DNA from: Acidimicrobiaceae bacterium
Lineage (GTDB): Bacteria > Actinomycetota > Acidimicrobiia > Acidimicrobiales > Ilumatobacteraceae
Direction: 5' to 3'
DNA: 37,957 nt
Assembly (NCBI GenBank): GCA_003154135.1
Contig: PMCN01000131.1
Location: 800-38,756 of the forward strand
The notes under the pieces are model-generated. The model worked only from the letters and a program-made list of their open reading frames with translations, was not told where the DNA came from and did not search any database. Made by a program: the position numbers and the translations under genes. Positions within the stretch are counted from its first letter, which is position 1; each line of letters starts with the position of its first letter. Positions 1 to 8,323 of this stretch are shown here, in pieces.

Positions 1-1902
1 ACCAGCATCCCGCCGCACAACCTGGGCGAGGTGATCGACGCCGCCATCCACCTCATCGACCATCCGGAGGCGACGGCCGACGACCTCATGCAGTTCGTCA
101 AGGGGCCCGACTTCCCCACCGGCGGCAGCATCCTCGGCCGCGCCGGCATCATCGACGCCTACCGCACGGGCCGCGGCAGCATCAAGATGCGGGCCACGGC
201 CACCATCGAGGAGGGCAAGCGCGGCCAGATGCAGGTCGTCGTCACCGAGCTCCCCTACCAGGCCAGCTGCTCGGCCATCGCCGGCCGCATCCAAGAGCTC
301 GTCGACGGTGGCGACCTCGACGGCATCGCCGACGTCAACGACGGGTCGGCGGGTGGCAAGACGCACCTCGTCATCACGCTCAAGCGCGACGCCAATGCCA
401 ACGTGGTGCTCAACAACCTCTACAAGCTCACGCAGTTGCAGACCAGCTTCCCGGTCAACATGGTGGCGCTCGTGCACGGCGTGCCGCGCACGCTCAACCT
501 CGTGCAGGCATTGCAGGGCTACGTCGAGCACCAGGTCGACGTCATCACCCGCCGCACCGAGTTCCGACTCGACAAGGCGAAGCGCCGTGCGCACATCCTC
601 GAGGGCCGCATCAAGGCGCTCAACGTCATCGACGCCATCATCGCCCTCATCCGGGCCAGTGACGACGCAGCGGCCGCCAAGGCCGGCCTCATGGCTGCAC
701 CGTACGAGTTCAGCGAGATCCAGGCCACCGACATCCTCGAGATGCGCCTGTCGCAGCTCACCCGCCTCAGCCGCATCGACCTCGAGACCGAGCTGGGCGA
801 TGTGCAGGCGCGCATCCTCGAACTGCAGAGCATCCTCGATTCGCCCGAGAAGCTGCGCGGCGTCATCAAGAGCGAGATGACCGCGATCAAGGACGAGTTC
901 GCCACCGCGCGCAAGTGCAAGATCACCTACGACAGCGGCGACATGAGCATCGAGGATCTCGTCGACGACAAGGAACTCGTCATCGTGATGACCGAGGCGC
1001 AGTACGTGAAGGCCGTGCCGGCCGTGTCGTTCAAGACGCAGGGCCGCGGCGGCCGCGGTGTCAGCGGCGCCAAGCTGAAGAGCGACGACATCGTGCGGCA
1101 CGTCATCTTCACGACGGCTCACGCGTTCCTGCTGTTCTTCAGCAACCGGGGCCGCGTCTACCGCCTGCGAGCGATGGACGTGCCCGAGCGCGAACGGCAG
1201 GCGAAGGGCATGCCCATCGTCAACCTGCTGCCGCTGCAGCCGGGTGAGACCATCCAGGCGATCATCGACACCCGCGACTTCGCGGCCGAGCGCTACCTGT
1301 TCTTCGCCACCCGTCACGGGGTGGTGAAGAAGACCTCGTTCGACGAGTACGACAACGGTCGACGCGACGGCCTCATCGCGCTCAACCTGCGCGAGCACGA
1401 CGAGTTGGTGCGCGTCATCGAGACCAGCGGCTCCGACGACATCTTCATGGTGGCCCGCAGCGGCATGACCATCCGCTTCAACGAGAGCGAGGTGCGCCCG
1501 ATGGGTCGCGCTGCTTCCGGTGTGCGGGGCATGAAGATGAAGCCCAACGACACCGTCGTCAGCGTCGACCTTGCCAAGGACGACACATCGATCCTCATGA
1601 TCACCGAGGCCGGCTTCGGCAAGCGCGTGCAGCTCGACAAGTTCAACGTGCAGGGCCGCGGCGGGCAGGGCGTGAAGGGGATGAAGTTCGTGCGCAACAA
1701 GGGCACTGCCGTGGTGGCCGCCTTCATGGTCGGCGACGACGACGAGATCGTGGCCATCGCATCCGGTGGCACCACCATCCGCACGCCGGTGCGGGGCATC
1801 CGCCACATCGGGCGCGACGCCACCGGCGTCACCATCATGGACGTCCCCGAGGGCGACATCGTTGCCTCCGTCGCACTCATCCTCGCCAGCGAGGACGAGT
1901 AG
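1..1902 (+). CDS. gyrA: DNA gyrase subunit A, C-terminal ~630 aa (5' end lies upstream of the window)
   Basis: Frame +1 is open from base 1 ([22 protein letters not shown]...); track ORF 31..1902. Repeated beta-pinwheel blade motifs ([38 protein letters not shown]) and an acidic tail SEDE; TAG at 1900-1902. Followed by DUF3566 and tRNA-Ile, as in actinobacterial origin regions. Confidence 0.97.
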   Translation, partial: TSIPPHNLGEVIDAAIHLIDHPEATADDLMQFVKGPDFPTGGSILGRAGIIDAYRTGRGSIKMRATATIEEGKRGQMQVVVTELPYQASCSAIAGRIQELVDGGDLDGIADVNDGSAGGKTHLVITLKRDANANVVLNNLYKLTQLQTSFPVNMVALVHGVPRTLNLVQALQGYVEHQVDVITRRTEFRLDKAKRRAHILEGRIKALNVIDAIIALIRASDDAAAAKAGLMAAPYEFSEIQATDILEMRLSQLTRLSRIDLETELGDVQARILELQSILDSPEKLRGVIKSEMTAIKDEFATARKCKITYDSGDMSIEDLVDDKELVIVMTEAQYVKAVPAVSFKTQGRGGRGVSGAKLKSDDIVRHVIFTTAHAFLLFFSNRGRVYRLRAMDVPERERQAKGMPIVNLLPLQPGETIQAIIDTRDFAAERYLFFATRHGVVKKTSFDEYDNGRRDGLIALNLREHDELVRVIETSGSDDIFMVARSGMTIRFNESEVRPMGRAASGVRGMKMKPNDTVVSVDLAKDDTSILMITEAGFGKRVQLDKFNVQGRGGQGVKGMKFVRNKGTAVVAAFMVGDDDEIVAIASGGTTIRTPVRGIRHIGRDATGVTIMDVPEGDIVASVALILASEDE

Positions 1903-1947
1903 CACCTCGCGCCACCGGGCGCCTGCATCGCGGCCCCGCCGCCACAC

Positions 1948-2286
1948 ATGCACGAGACGACGCAGGAGGTGGTGCCGGTGCGCGCACGAAGTCGGGTCGA
2001 TGCCGGGCAGGCCGTGATGCTGGTGCTCGCGGTCGCGGTGGTCATCGTGGTGGTGGCGATGGCGGCCGCGAGGTTCGGCGCGAGGGTGGTCCATCGTGAG
2101 CAGGCGCAGGCCGCGGCCGACGCGGCGGCACTCGCCGGGGTCGATGGCGGCCGTCCTGCCGCAGCCCGCGTGGCGTCTGCCAACCACGGCACCATGGTGT
2201 CGTTCGAGGTGCAGGGCGACGACGTGGTCGTGGTCGTGACCGTGGCCGGCGAACGTGCCACGGCCCGGGCGACGCGCGCTCCTTGA
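1948..2286 (+). CDS. TadE-like / Rv3654c-family pseudopilin-like small membrane protein (true start may be internal)
   Basis: Track ORF 1948..2286 with strong G/C at codon position 3. One N-terminal TM helix (AVMLVLAVAVVIVVVAMAAA), then HREQAQAAADAAALAG...ASANHGTMVSFEVQGDDVVVVVTV...ARATRAP. This matches my recollection of the TadE-like family found next to Tad-like secretion/helicase loci. Confidence 0.5.
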   Translation: MHETTQEVVPVRARSRVDAGQAVMLVLAVAVVIVVVAMAAARFGARVVHREQAQAAADAAALAGVDGGRPAAARVASANHGTMVSFEVQGDDVVVVVTVAGERATARATRAP

Positions 2287-2313
2287 GCATCCCCTGTTGC
2301 CTACACTCGCTGT

Positions 2314-3396
2314 GTGGACGACGGCTCCCCCCTGCCCGACAAGCGGGTGGGCACGCGCCCTGCGAAGCGAGGCGGCGCCGCAGCCCGCGGCGGGCAACCG
2401 GTCGACCCGCGCACCGAGGGACAGGTGGTCGACGGCACCGGCGGCACGCGACGCCCGCCCCGTCCGGGTGCTGTCCGCAGCACCGGAGTCCCCCGACTGG
2501 CGTCTCCCTTCGGCGAACGTGCCACTCCCATCCCGCCTCCGCTGGAGGGATCGACCACCGGCATCGTCGATGCCGCGCCGCTCGACACGACCGACTCGTA
2601 CGTCGACCTGCACGAGTCGCTGCCCACCGCGCTGCCGGTCATCGTGCCGGCCACGGTCGACGACGAACCTGACGACCAGGCCGACGACCAGTCCGGCGAC
2701 CAGTCCGGTCGGACGTCATCACCCGAAGCCTTCGTGCCCGCCGTGCCCGCGGGTCCCCCCACCGTCGCGCTGCCGACGGTGATGCCTCCGCCGTCGCCCG
2801 AGTACACCGACACCGACGGTACCGGTGGACTGCCCTCGCTCACCAAGCCCAAGCGGCCCAGTCGGGCACTCAAACCGGTGGTGATGCCGAAGCGGCGGCC
2901 TCGGGTGCGCCGTGTCACCCGTGTGGTGCGCCACGTCGACAGTTGGAGCGTCTTCAAGGTGGCGCTGGTGTTCAACCTGTTCATGTACTTCACCTGCCTG
3001 ACTGCAGGGGTGTTGCTCTGGCAGGTTGCGCAGAACACCGGCACGGTCGACAACGTGCAACGCTTCTTCGAGAGCTTCGGGTGGAAGACCTTCGAGCTCA
3101 AGGGCGGGCAGATCTACCACAACTCGTGGGTTGCCGGCCTCTTCCTCGTCGTCGGTGTCACCGGCCTGATGGTGCTCATGGCCACGTTGTTCAACCTCAT
3201 CACCGACCTCGTGGGCGGCATCAGGGTGAGCGTCCTCGAGGAGGAAGTGGTCGCACGTGACGACCGTGGCCTCGGTTGGCGGCGCGCCCGCCGTGCCCAG
3301 GCAGCCGCGGCGGCTGCAGCCGAACGACCGAGCTCGGTGGCCGATCAGCCGGCCGTGCTGTGGTCTGCGCCCGACGAAGCAGTGCAACCCGATTGA
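2314..3396 (+). CDS. DUF3566 (Rv0007-like) membrane protein with Pro/Asp-rich N-terminal region
   Basis: Track ORF 2314..3396. C-terminal VRHVDSWSVFKVALVFNLFMYFTCLTAGVLLWQVA...GLFLVVGVTGLMVLMATLFNLITDLVGGIRVSVLEEE is the two-TM DUF3566 signature. Conserved position directly after gyrA. Confidence 0.85.
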   Translation: MDDGSPLPDKRVGTRPAKRGGAAARGGQPVDPRTEGQVVDGTGGTRRPPRPGAVRSTGVPRLASPFGERATPIPPPLEGSTTGIVDAAPLDTTDSYVDLHESLPTALPVIVPATVDDEPDDQADDQSGDQSGRTSSPEAFVPAVPAGPPTVALPTVMPPPSPEYTDTDGTGGLPSLTKPKRPSRALKPVVMPKRRPRVRRVTRVVRHVDSWSVFKVALVFNLFMYFTCLTAGVLLWQVAQNTGTVDNVQRFFESFGWKTFELKGGQIYHNSWVAGLFLVVGVTGLMVLMATLFNLITDLVGGIRVSVLEEEVVARDDRGLGWRRARRAQAAAAAAAERPSSVADQPAVLWSAPDEAVQPD

Positions 3397-3436
3397 TGGT
3401 TTTCCGGCGCGCCCGCTAGCCTTGCAATCCGCCGCT

Positions 3437-3510
3437 GGGGCTATAGCTCAGTCGGTTAGAGCGCATCCCTGATAAGGATGAGGTCACAAGTTCGATTCTT
3501 GTTAGCCCCA
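3437..3510 (+). tRNA. tRNA-Ile (anticodon GAU)
   Basis: GGGGCTA/TAGCCCC acceptor stem, D arm GCTC-AGTCGGTTA-GAGC, anticodon arm CATCC-CTGATAA-GGATG, T arm ACAAG-TTCGATT-CTTGT, discriminator A. CCA is not encoded. Confidence 0.95.
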
Positions 3511-3537
3511 CTACGAAGTACCTGCTCGACGAGTTGC

Positions 3538-3559
3538 AAGGCCCCCGCAAGGGGGCCTT
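3538..3559 (+). terminator. Perfect 9-bp stem / GCAA tetraloop hairpin 28 nt after tRNA-Ile (intrinsic-terminator-like, no U tract)
   Basis: aaggccccc-gcaa-gggggcctt read directly from the sequence. GC-rich stem with a GNRA loop; followed by cgtcgttcc rather than a T run. Confidence 0.5.
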
Positions 3560-3714
3560 CGTCGTTCCCTCGGCTTCCGGGCAGGATTCGCGCCAAACAC
3601 CCTTCCGGGCAGAGAACGTGCCGGATTCCGGCAGCAGACGTGCCCAGAACGCTGCACTCGCAGCCTCCGTTCACGCCGGCCCGCAGTTGGCTGTCGCCGG
3701 GGAACGGGTGCACT

Positions 3715-4044
3715 ATGGCGAGCATGCACCTCGCCGTCCACTACGTCGGATCAGACCACTCGTTGACCCTGATCGTCGAGGAGTCACCGGACGACTTCGT
3801 CGGCCGCTGCACCCTCACCCACTACAGCGACGACCGCGGCTGGCGGGTGTTCACCGACGACGCGGGCACGGTGCTGCGCATGCGCTACGACCTCGTGAGC
3901 CCGGGGATCGACTGCACGCCGGTCGGCGAGCACCTCGGCCTGGGCGCCCAGGCGCTGGCCCGGGAGACCATCGACGGCACTCGCCACCAGCCGGGAGTCG
4001 ATCACACCGGTCACCGCATCGTCGAGCCGCCGCACCATCAGTGA
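3715..4044 (+). CDS. Hypothetical protein (109 aa)
   Basis: In-frame ATG at 3715 inside track ORF 3478..4044 (the upstream part overlaps the tRNA and hairpin). MASMHLAVHYVGSDHSLTLIVEESPDDFVGRCTLTHYSDDRGWRVF...; strong GC3 bias; hairpin right after the stop. No family recognised. Confidence 0.55.
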   Translation: MASMHLAVHYVGSDHSLTLIVEESPDDFVGRCTLTHYSDDRGWRVFTDDAGTVLRMRYDLVSPGIDCTPVGEHLGLGAQALARETIDGTRHQPGVDHTGHRIVEPPHHQ

Positions 4045-4050
4045 GAACTG

Positions 4051-4068
4051 CGCGGCGCCAGCGCCGCG
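4051..4068. terminator. Hairpin between convergent stops (7-bp GC stem, 4-nt loop)
   Basis: cgcggcg-ccag-cgccgcg lies between the TGA at 4042-4044 (+) and the stop at 4072-4074 (-). Confidence 0.4.
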
Positions 4069-4071
4069 GAG

Positions 4072-4440
4072 TCAGTCGTGCGCGGCGATCACCTGGAACA
4101 GCACCAGCTCGATGCCGGACGGGTCGACGACGGCGAGGTTGCGATGACCCCACGGCTGGTCGGCCAGATCGCGCAGCAGCGTGAACCCCGCAGCCACGAT
4201 GTGCTCGCGCACCGCGGCGACGTCGTCGACCTCGGCGCCCAGGAACACGCCGCCGACCGGAGTTGCGTCGGCCACCTCGATGAGCTCGACCCGGGCGGTG
4301 TCGCCGTAGCCGAAGATCCGGCCCCGGCCCTGACCGTCGCCGGCGGGCCATTGGCGGGTGACCGGCCAACCGAGGGTGTCGCCCCAGAACCGGCAGGCCT
4401 CGTCGAAGCGGTCGGTGTGTCGCACCACGCGGAGTTCCAT
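4072..4440 (-). CDS. VOC-family (glyoxalase/bleomycin-resistance/dioxygenase fold) protein
   Basis: Track ORF 4072..4470; I prefer the ATG at 4440 (MELRVVRHTDRFDEACRFWGDTLGWPV...GAEVDDVAAVREHIVAAGFTLLRDLADQPWGHRNLAVVDPSGIELVLFQ). A GTG at 4470 is the alternative start. Confidence 0.8.
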   Translation of the reverse strand: MELRVVRHTDRFDEACRFWGDTLGWPVTRQWPAGDGQGRGRIFGYGDTARVELIEVADATPVGGVFLGAEVDDVAAVREHIVAAGFTLLRDLADQPWGHRNLAVVDPSGIELVLFQVIAAHD

Positions 4441-4503
4441 GGGCGCACGGTACCGCGGCACGTCGCCCACGTCGCCGGCCGGGCGCCTTGGTACGCTCCC
4501 GCC

Positions 4504-4638
4504 ATGAAGATGCTGCGACGAGCCCTGGTCGCCCTGTCGTTGGCCGGCACCATCGCCGGGCTGCTGCGGGTGAAGGGCAAGGGTGGCGTCCCGCCCCAGG
4601 AGGGTGGCTGGCGGGAAGTGAGCGTGCCGCCGCGATGA
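4504..4638 (+). CDS. Small single-TM protein (44 aa), translationally coupled to the next gene
   Basis: ATG at 4504 within track ORF 4078..4638: MKMLRRALVALSLAGTIAGLLRVKGKGGVPPQEGGWREVSVPPR. Good GC3. The stop TGA 4636-4638 overlaps the next ATG 4635-4637 (ATGA). Confidence 0.5.
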   Translation: MKMLRRALVALSLAGTIAGLLRVKGKGGVPPQEGGWREVSVPPR

Positions 4639-5645
4639 TCGCGGAGCCCGGGCCGACGCCCATCGTGGGTGTGGTGGGCTGCGGGGTCACGGGCAGTCGC
4701 GTGATGGCGTTGCTCACCCAGCAACACGTGCGGGTCGCGGCATTCGACGCGGTGCGCAGCGTGGCCGTCGCCTGCGCGCGACCGGTCGGTGCGGTGGTGG
4801 TCGACGACGTCGACGACCTCACGGTGTGCGACGCGGTGGTGCTCTGCCATCCGGCACCGCACCTCGACCTGGTGGCCCTGCTGTTCGAGCGTGGCACCCC
4901 GGTGGTGAGCGTGGGTGACGACCTCGGCGACCTGAGCCGCCTCATCGGCCTCCACGACCAAGCGGCACGCAGTGGGGTGCCGGTGGTCATCGGTGCCGGC
5001 ATGGCACCGGGCCTGTCGGGCCTGCTGGCCCGCTACCTCGCCAACCAACTGGACCAACTCGACGAGCTGCACGTGGCCATCCACGGCACCGCCGGCCCTG
5101 CCTGCGCACGCCAGCACCACGACGCGCTCGGCGACACGGCGCTCGGCTGGCACGACGGTGGCTGGACCGAACCGCCCGGCGGCAGTGGTCGCGATCTGGT
5201 GTGGTTCCCCGAACCCGTGGGCGCGCACGACTGCTACCGCGCCGCCCTGGGCGATCCGCTGCTGCTGCAGCGCTCGTTCCCGTCGGTCGGCCGCGTGTCG
5301 GCTCGCGTGTCGGCCACCCGCCGCGACCGCCTCACCGCCCGCCTGCCCATGCTCACCCCGCCACACGCCAGCGGTGGCCTCGGCTCGGTGCGAGTGGAGG
5401 CCCGCGGCGCCGGGCCGGGCGGCGAGCGCATCACGCTGATCACGGGGGCCGCCGGCACCACGGCCGAACTGACTGCGTTCGCCAGCGTCGCCACCACCTT
5501 GCAGTTGCTGCGCGTGGGCGCTGCGGGTGGGGTGCACTCGCTGGGCGATGTGGCCCTCGAACCGCTCGATCTGCTGCATCAGGCCACGTCATTGGGGTTG
5601 AAGCTGCAGGAGTTCACCGGGGTGGGCAGAGCTACCAGCTGGTAA
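4635..5645 (+). CDS. Saccharopine-dehydrogenase-like NAD(P)-binding (Rossmann) protein
   Basis: ATG at 4635 within track ORF 4488..5645. N-terminal IVGVVGCGVTGSRV dinucleotide-binding motif; ~336 aa. The family call is tentative. Confidence 0.65.
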   Translation: MIAEPGPTPIVGVVGCGVTGSRVMALLTQQHVRVAAFDAVRSVAVACARPVGAVVVDDVDDLTVCDAVVLCHPAPHLDLVALLFERGTPVVSVGDDLGDLSRLIGLHDQAARSGVPVVIGAGMAPGLSGLLARYLANQLDQLDELHVAIHGTAGPACARQHHDALGDTALGWHDGGWTEPPGGSGRDLVWFPEPVGAHDCYRAALGDPLLLQRSFPSVGRVSARVSATRRDRLTARLPMLTPPHASGGLGSVRVEARGAGPGGERITLITGAAGTTAELTAFASVATTLQLLRVGAAGGVHSLGDVALEPLDLLHQATSLGLKLQEFTGVGRATSW

Positions 5646-5654
5646 CTTGGGGGC

Positions 5655-6521
5655 ATGGCCCGCTCGCACATCCCGACGGTGATGGCGCTGCCCTGGCTGC
5701 CGCCCGGTCGCACCATGGTGCTGCCCGGTCGTGGCGAAGTGTTCTACCGACACCACCAGCACTCCGATCCCCAGGCGCCCACGCTGCTGTTGCTGCATGG
5801 CTGGACCGCTAGTGCCGACCTGCAGTTCTTCACCGTCTACGAGGCGCTCGCCGCCGATTTCTCGTTCATCGCCATCGACCATCGCGGGCACGGCCGCGGA
5901 CTGCGCAGCTGTGATCCGTTCACCCTCGACGACGCGGCCGACGACGCGGCGGCCTTGGTGCGGGCGCTCGGGGTGGGCCCGGTCATCACGCTCGGCTACT
6001 CGATGGGCGGGCCGATCAGCATGCTGCTCGCCCGCCGTCACCGCGACCTCGTACGCGGCATCGTCGTGGAGGCCACGGCGCTCGAGTGGCGCGCCAACCG
6101 GTGGGAGCGGTGGCGCTGGCAGCTCGTGCGTCTGTTGGGCCCGATGATGCGCTCGTGGGCTTACCCGCGGCTGATGCGCTGGGCGCTGGAGCACGTCGTG
6201 AAAACCCAGGAGCCCGTGCAACGGTACGCCGCGTGGGCCATTGCCGAAACGCGTCGTGGCGACGCGTTCAACATCGCTCAGGCCGGCCACCAGCTGGCGG
6301 TGCACGATGCGCGCCCGTGGGCCGACTCGCTGCAGCTCCCCGCAGGGTCGCTCATCACCACACGCGACCGACTGGTGCCCCCATACAAGCAGTACGAGCT
6401 GGCCAAGGCGCTCGACAGCTTCATCATCGAGCTCTCTGACGACCACCTCTGCACGATCACCTCACCCGACGAGTACGCGAAGGCGACCTTGCGGCTGGTG
6501 CAGCACGTCGCAGCCGGCTGA
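5655..6521 (+). CDS. Alpha/beta-fold hydrolase
   Basis: Track ORF 5655..6521. LLLLHGWTASAD, IAIDHRGHGRG, and nucleophile elbow GYSMGG. G-rich Shine-Dalgarno (ttggggg) before the ATG. Confidence 0.85.
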   Translation: MARSHIPTVMALPWLPPGRTMVLPGRGEVFYRHHQHSDPQAPTLLLLHGWTASADLQFFTVYEALAADFSFIAIDHRGHGRGLRSCDPFTLDDAADDAAALVRALGVGPVITLGYSMGGPISMLLARRHRDLVRGIVVEATALEWRANRWERWRWQLVRLLGPMMRSWAYPRLMRWALEHVVKTQEPVQRYAAWAIAETRRGDAFNIAQAGHQLAVHDARPWADSLQLPAGSLITTRDRLVPPYKQYELAKALDSFIIELSDDHLCTITSPDEYAKATLRLVQHVAAG

Positions 6522-6539
6522 CGCTCTCAGCCGCCACCA

Positions 6540-7046
6540 TCAGCTGTCAGCGGGTCGACTCGCGTCGAGATCGTCGAGCCGCGCACTCAGGCGGTCGATC
6601 GCTGCGGTGAGGCGATCGAACTGGTCCTCGATCTCGCCGCTCGTGGACACGTCGGCGAGCGACAGCCGCACGCTCGCGATCTCGCGGGCGAGGAACTCGG
6701 TGTCGGCCTGGGTGCGTTCGGCCACCTTGCGGTCGTTGTCGGTGGTCATCCGGTCGCGCTCCTCCTGCCGGTTCTGCGCGAGGAGGATGAGCGGCGCCGC
6801 GTACGCGGCCTGTGTGGAGAACGCCAGGTTCAACAGGATGAACGGGTAAGGGTCCCAGCGCAGCACGGCCGATACGACGTTGATGCCGATCCACACCACC
6901 ACGATGGCGCTCTGGATGACCAGGAACCGCGCAGTGCCGAAGGTGCGCGCGATGCTCTCGCTGAACTGCCCGAACGCATCGGGGTCGTAGTGCACGCTGA
7001 GACGGCGGCTCTGGCGTGGTGTGGTCAGGTCTTCGCGACGCTTCAT
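6540..7046 (-). CDS. DUF1003 membrane protein (two TM helices plus C-terminal coiled coil)
   Basis: ATG at 7046 inside track ORF 6540..7925; the upstream 293 aa are Arg/Ala/Pro-rich junk. MKRREDLTTPRQ...FGQFSESIARTFGTARFLVIQSAIVVVWIGINV...WDPYPFILLNLAFSTQAAYAAPLILLAQNRQEERDR. The start overlaps the upstream stop (ATGA, 7043-7046). Confidence 0.85.
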   Translation of the reverse strand: MKRREDLTTPRQSRRLSVHYDPDAFGQFSESIARTFGTARFLVIQSAIVVVWIGINVVSAVLRWDPYPFILLNLAFSTQAAYAAPLILLAQNRQEERDRMTTDNDRKVAERTQADTEFLAREIASVRLSLADVSTSGEIEDQFDRLTAAIDRLSARLDDLDASRPADS

Positions 7047-8305
7047 CGTGGCGTGGTCCCGGCGTTCACCCGCCTGCGCTGACGCCAGCCGGTGGGCAGC
7101 GTGCGGTCGAGCACGTCGTCGACCGTGATGGCGCCGAGGAGCCGACCGGAGTCGTCGCACACCCCGACCGACAACAGGTTGTAGCTCGCCAGGCGCTCGG
7201 CGACTTCGCGCTCGGGCATGTCGGGCGTGATGGTGGGCTCCTGCTCGACGCACCGTCCGAGCTCCATCGAGGGCGGCTCGCGCAGCAGGCGCTGGAAGTG
7301 CACCACTCCCAGGTACTGCCCGGTGGGTGGCTTGTACGGCGGCTGCACCACGAAGACCTGCGCGGCGATGCTCACCAGCCACTCTGGATCGCGAATCTCG
7401 GCCAGCGCCTCGGCGACGGTGGCCGTGTGCCCGAAGATGACGATGTCGGGCGTCATCAGCGATCCGGCGGTGCCCTCGTCGTACGACAGCAGCCGGCGCA
7501 TGACGTCGGCGTCCTCTTCGTCCATCGCGTCGAGCACCCGCGTGCGCTGCTCGCCTGGCATCTCGGCGAGCAGGTCGGCGAGGTCGTCGTACTCCATCTC
7601 CTCGAGCACGTTGACGAGTCGATCGATGTCGAGGCCCTCGATGATGCGCAGCTGTTCGGCCTCGGGCAGCTCCTCGAGCAGGTCGGCGAGGCGCTCGTCG
7701 TCCATCGCGTCGGCCAACTGCTTGCGCTGCGTGAGCGGCAGGTTGCGCACCACACTGGCGACGTCGCTGGGGTGCATGTCGCGCAGGCGTGCGGCCTCGG
7801 CGGCCATCTCGGCGCCGGCCGCGGTGCTGAACAGCGCCGGCACCTCGCTGATGTCGACCAGGCGGTAGCTGGGGCGGTGGCGCAGCGCGCTGCGACGAGC
7901 GAGGCGCACCTTGGTGGGTTCCCAATAGGTCTGCTTGCCGTCGTTGGCGGCGCGCAGGGCGACGTCGCTCACCGTCTCGTCGCCCACCTTCTTGTCGATG
8001 AGGTCGCGGCCGATGAGCAGCTCGCCCGGCTTGGGCTTGAACGGGTTGAGGTCGACGTCCCAGCTGCGCAGGCGCGCGCCGTCGCTGTCGAGCGAGCCGA
8101 GGCGACCGGCGTTGACGAAGATGCGTCGGCGCTGACTGGTGGCCACGAAACCGAGGACTCGCGGGCTGCCCCCGTGGGCGCCGGGGATGATGACGATGTC
8201 GTCGAGGCGTCCGATGGCGGCACCGCCCGCGTCGAGGAGCGGCAGGCGCATGATGCGAAACGCGTAGATCAGCTCCCCTGCCATGCGCGCCAGGCTACCC
8301 CTCAC
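7043..8305 (-). CDS. Soluble MgtE-N-domain + CBS-pair protein (N-terminal PRC-barrel-like region), lacking the MgtE membrane pore
   Basis: Track ORF 7043..8305 (GTG 8305; alternative ATG 8284). Acidic helical MgtE_N-like repeat (LADLLEELPEAEQLRIIEGLDIDRLVNVLEEMEYDDLADLLAEMPGEQRTRVLDAM), then CBS-like SLMTPDIVIF...LGVVHFQRLL / LLSVGVCDDSGRLLGAITVDDVLD. No TM segments. Confidence 0.85.
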   Translation of the reverse strand: MRGSLARMAGELIYAFRIMRLPLLDAGGAAIGRLDDIVIIPGAHGGSPRVLGFVATSQRRRIFVNAGRLGSLDSDGARLRSWDVDLNPFKPKPGELLIGRDLIDKKVGDETVSDVALRAANDGKQTYWEPTKVRLARRSALRHRPSYRLVDISEVPALFSTAAGAEMAAEAARLRDMHPSDVASVVRNLPLTQRKQLADAMDDERLADLLEELPEAEQLRIIEGLDIDRLVNVLEEMEYDDLADLLAEMPGEQRTRVLDAMDEEDADVMRRLLSYDEGTAGSLMTPDIVIFGHTATVAEALAEIRDPEWLVSIAAQVFVVQPPYKPPTGQYLGVVHFQRLLREPPSMELGRCVEQEPTITPDMPEREVAERLASYNLLSVGVCDDSGRLLGAITVDDVLDRTLPTGWRQRRRVNAGTTPR

Positions 8306-8323
8306 CTGCAGCGGGAGGGTGGC

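Noticed and set aside
1948-3396. A complete Tad/Flp pilus locus around the TadE-like ORF
   Set aside because: There are no CpaF/TadA ATPase, TadB/C, prepilin peptidase or Flp pilin genes in the window. The neighbours are gyrA and DUF3566.
3851-5579. Long minus-strand ORFs 3851..5002 (383 aa) and 4089..5579 (496 aa)
   Set aside because: Their translations are Arg/Pro/Ala/Gly-rich with no recognisable motifs. They lie antisense or out of frame to well-supported genes (VOC, Rossmann protein). This is the typical high-GC open-frame artefact.
3437-6521. Genomic island integrated at tRNA-Ile
   Set aside because: I saw no integrase, recombinase, excisionase or phage genes downstream. I noticed no duplicated tRNA 3' segment, and composition looks like the rest of the window. 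Only the weaker tRNA-Ile/tRNA-Ala spacing observation was kept.
6540-7925. N-terminal extensions of track ORFs 6540..7925, 11026..12486, 17067..19289 and 33307..36384
   Set aside because: In each case the upstream part is Arg/His/Pro/Ala-rich junk overlapping the neighbouring real gene. Recognisable domains begin at internal ATGs (7046, 12012, 18632, 35655) that give family-typical lengths and N-termini.
8306-8323. Mg2+ (M-box) riboswitch upstream of the MgtE-like gene, and Moco riboswitch upstream of the molybdoenzyme (10373..10443)
   Set aside because: The available leaders are only about 18 nt and about 71 nt respectively, and the second is shared with a divergent gene. Both are far too short for these riboswitch classes.
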